The notes below the pieces were generated by a model. It was not told the DNA's origin, did no database searches, and saw only the letters and a program-made list of their open reading frames with translations. Both the position numbers and the translations under genes were made by a program. DNA of 63,514 bases, filler included, from Pelomyxa schiedti (taxonomy: Eukaryota > Protista > Evosea): NCBI GenBank assembly GCA_020536535.1. It is 15 parts of 15 records of this genome, joined end to end, with 100 filler letters (N's around TTAATTAATTAA, not from the genome) between each part and the next. Parts side by side here need not be neighbours in the genome. Positions count along the whole stretch, not along the records: positions 60,499 to 61,934 come from JAHLWZ010002508.1; positions 62,035 to 63,514 come from JAHLWZ010002478.1; 13 more parts are not named here. One strand, given 5' to 3'. The stretch's first letter is position 1. Each line of letters starts with the position of its first letter. Positions 60,499 through 63,514 of this stretch are shown in pieces.

Positions 60499-61654
60499 CG
60501 AGAATCTTCCCACGAGACACTGCAAACAGGAATCCCCTGCCACCAACAACCTGATCAAACCCATCGTCGCAGTGAATGCCCCTCAGTGGTCGTGCCAAGT
60601 TGTTGCAGTCCCACAATTGATACGACCTGGCAGGCTGGCACCACGCACAAAACACGGATGTGCTGACCTGGGTGAGCTCGCTGCACTCGCCTGTGAGATG
60701 TGTCACTTCTCCCGTTGTTGATTCAACTGCAACCAGATCGGAATCAGTGACGTAAAAGGACCGGATGTCGTGCAAAATGAACACAACGAGACCACTCTTT
60801 CTCCTGGTCACCAGTGCATCACCATATGAGAAGCCGGGAGGCAATGTGGACACTGTAGCCGAGGCCACCTCCGCAATTCCCTTTGATTTGTGTGTGATGC
60901 CAACATCAATCAGAGTCAACTTAATCTCTGCAGAGCCGTTCGTGGATGAGATCAGAAGCGCCTCGTCAGGAACCATCTTGTTGAAAGCCATTCTGCAGTA
61001 TGAACCCTCATCCTCACATCCAGGAATCAGCACTCTCACGGGGTCAGAAATCACACCCAGATCCCCGGTGCGTATTGGGCAATGCTGCTGCTGCCGCGAA
61101 TTTGAGTTTATGCGAGTCCAAGACGCAATGCTATCTATGACCAAAGGTCTGCCTCGCGTCAACTCATAATAGAGGACCCACTTGGCGTTGATATAATACT
61201 CGGCGCAAAAGGCGATGCAAGTATCCAGCGAGCAGTACGCCGTGCCGTCGTCGCGCACTTTCTTGAGAGCCACATCCCCGTCCAACACAGAGCCGGCGGA
61301 CACAACATCTGGCGCGAGCCACTCGCTCAGCATGCCGAACAGACGCACGGCCCGCACCGCCGGCTCGCGGGTGACGCACCCAAGCGCGCCGCAGCGCAGA
61401 GAAAACGAGAGCCCGAACGATTGGGCCCGGCCAGGGGCGGCCGCCTCGTCAGCGACGACCAGCACGAAGTCGGTGGGGGCGGGGGCCCCGAAGAAGGAGT
61501 CCCAGAACAGGCGAGCGAGGGACGGGCACGAGAACATCGGCCGCGCCGCGCTGCCGGCCCCGCACCTAACATGCCACGACGCCGCGATGGCCACGAACGC
61601 GGCAGTTGCGGGCGGTGGTGTCGTGCTCGACACCACCACGTTAGGCAGCGACAT
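60499..61654 (-). CDS. Hypothetical expanded-family protein (propeller-like); its C-terminus reappears at 61729-61934
   Basis: Intronless ORF from MSLPNVV; the contig has a 111-bp terminal direct repeat that closes the reading frame. Confidence 0.7.
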
Positions 61655-61934
61655 CGCTTGACACTTTTCAATCAAAATCAAAAATCATGAACGAAGTTCG
61701 TCAGGGATTGACCAAAATCATGATTATTCTAAGAAAGGAGGCAGCAACGGGTGGTGATCGACAAACTCCCAGAGGAAGACACATCAAACGTGGACACCAC
61801 GACACCAGAGAGTGCCTCAATCACGAGAATCTTCCCACGAGACACTGCAAACAGGAATCCCCTGCCACCAACAACCTGATCAAACCCATCGTCGCAGTGA
61901 ATGCCCCTCAGTGGTCGTGCCAAGTTGTTGCAGT
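60499..61934. repeat. 111-bp terminal direct repeat (60499-60609 = 61824-61934) defining a 1325-bp unit
   Basis: Direct identity of the two contig ends. Confidence 0.9.
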
Positions 61935-62034
61935 NNNNNNNNNNNNNNNNNNNNNNNNNNNNNNNNNNNNNNNNNNNNTTAATTAATTAANNNNNNNNNN
62001 NNNNNNNNNNNNNNNNNNNNNNNNNNNNNNNNNN

Positions 62035-62983
62035 ATAAGCTCGGGTGTTGGGCGTGCAACGGCGTTTGTGCTTGGGCTGCTCCCATAAGCCCGAACCTCG
62101 AAGTGGTGTCCATAACAACCATGACCACTGGCACACTTTCACTGTTCAATGTTGCAACGCAGAAGATGGAGGAGTTGATCAGATCAAGCTCTTGCCATTT
62201 TTGTGGTGGAAATGAAAAGTGGTGGTTGCACTTCGATGACCTCAGGACACTCACAATCGCAAACCTGATTGTGGGTGTGGAAGAAGGAGCCATCAGCGTG
62301 ATCAGCAGTAGATTTGAGATTCAACCCTTACTAATTCACAACGAGGCAACTGCAAATGTTCTCAAGTGTCAGGGAATTTTCTTCAACACTAAAATCACTG
62401 ATGAAGCCATGCTTCTGATGCATGACTCTGTGGCTGAGCTTGATTTAATTGTGCTGATTGATATCAAGAATACCTTGTGACCAAAAAGCTGTTGTTGTTG
62501 AGCTTCACAAAGTGCCTTGGCCAGATTGTTGCTGGAATCTTCATGATTAAATCCACTGGACAGCACATATTTTTTGTTCTGATCCGCCTGGCACCGAGGG
62601 AGTACTCTGACCTCAACTGGGGCATGGGCACTGCTGTGTATGAAGTTGCAGAGGGCACTGGCACCATGAAGTCACTTTCCAATGGCGTTGAGAGCTTGTC
62701 ACAGCTGAGCTCCTTCCTGTTTTGCATCTTAAAGTGTGATACATCTGCTGAAATCTGGGATTGCAACAACGCATCAGCAGCACTGAGAGTGATTGACATC
62801 TCCAGGCTGGATGTCCAATCCTGGCCACCAGTGGTGGCAGGCCCTTTCATCATTGCCACAAGGCACGACCACACAGGAAATGACAGCCACTTTGAGGTTG
62901 TGGAAGCTTCCACAGGTGCAAAAATCACCACCATTTCACTTGGCTCAATGATTGGTTTGTTTGATGCTGTGGCTTTCATGTGA
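62035..62983 (+). CDS. Hypothetical expanded-family protein, C-terminal part
   Basis: NEKWWLHFDD and AEIWDCNNASAALRVID...FEVVEASTGAKI parallel YQLWDCNNLARPLRGIH...ILVIEALSGVVV of the 60499 gene. Confidence 0.65.
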
Positions 62984-63251
62984 CAGATTAAAAAATTCAG
63001 GTCTCCCCAGCCTCAGACCTTCCAGCTGTTGGCCTAATGTATCCCTCGGACCTGCAGCAGGACGTCCGAACCTGAGTTGACCCTCCTCTCCAAAGATGAT
63101 CCACCAGGCCACACCTCTTCTGCTCACTCAGAAAGGCTGACAGGGACTTATGGGAAATCACACATTTCTCTTTACCGGAAAACAAAAGTTTCTCGCGACG
63201 TAATGACACTATGTGTTGTGCAGGTGTTTATTTTCTTTGTTAATCATGATG

Positions 63252-63514
63252 TCATGATGAGGACTTGGACTTTGTTGACTTGGACTTGGGTGACTTTGAC
63301 TTGGATGATTTCGAGGACTTCTTCTTGTTCTTCTTTGGTGCCTTGGGCTTTTCCTTTTCCGAGGAGGATGACGTCGCGGTCGTGGTGGTTGATGTGGTTG
63401 CCGATGCCGATTTGGGTGTTGGATTGGATTCGGAGGAAGAACCAGACGGAGGAGCATCCTTCTCAGGTGCCGCCGGTTTTGGCTTGGGCTTTGGTGGCTT
63501 GTAGTTCTTGAAGG
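63252..63514 (-). CDS. Lys/Ser-rich C-terminal tail of an unidentified gene
   Basis: Open frame ...KPKPKP...KKNKKKSSKSSKSKSPKSKSTKSKSSS ending in TGA at 63252. Confidence 0.55.
   Translation of the reverse strand, partial: FKNYKPPKPKPKPAAPEKDAPPSGSSSESNPTPKSASATTSTTTTATSSSSEKEKPKAPKKNKKKSSKSSKSKSPKSKSTKSKSSS

Overview
This is not one locus. It is 15 unrelated eukaryotic contigs or scaffolds joined by 14 artificial 100-nt linkers (44 N + TTAATTAATTAA + 44 N, which puts stops in all six frames), and there are three further internal 100-N gaps. Adjacency across a linker therefore means nothing. The DNA is a compact, intron-rich protist genome with many GT-AG introns of about 41-75 nt, so the ORF track fragments most genes. 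I spliced the genes by hand. Gene content (prokaryote-type Ldh_2 malate dehydrogenase, expanded hypothetical families, PINK1-like kinase) resembles an anaerobic amoebozoan (Archamoebae, e.g. Pelomyxa). That assignment is from recall and is not verified. The 24.5-kb contig 17178-41657 carries housekeeping genes (PPCS, KRR1, TRM5, NMNAT-like, TatD, EF-hand sensor, POLD2). The short contigs carry coilin, glucosidase II alpha, a vanin-like amidohydrolase, Sel1, ELM2/SANT-like and RING proteins, a LINE fragment and expanded-family genes. The best candidates for novelty are: (1) a Rho GTPase(Q61E)-6xKelch-F-box fusion protein with a decayed paralog, possibly an SCF-type counterpart of RhoBTB; (2) a CBM48 glycogen-binding domain fused to a divergent actin; (3) a TatD nuclease with altered metal ligands and an RGG tail; (4) a probable GA-AG intron in TRM5; (5) an RLE-type LINE inserted in the Rho-Kelch-F-box paralog; (6) a one-gene 1325-bp loop or tandem unit. 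All domain calls come from manual motif recognition. No searches were run.
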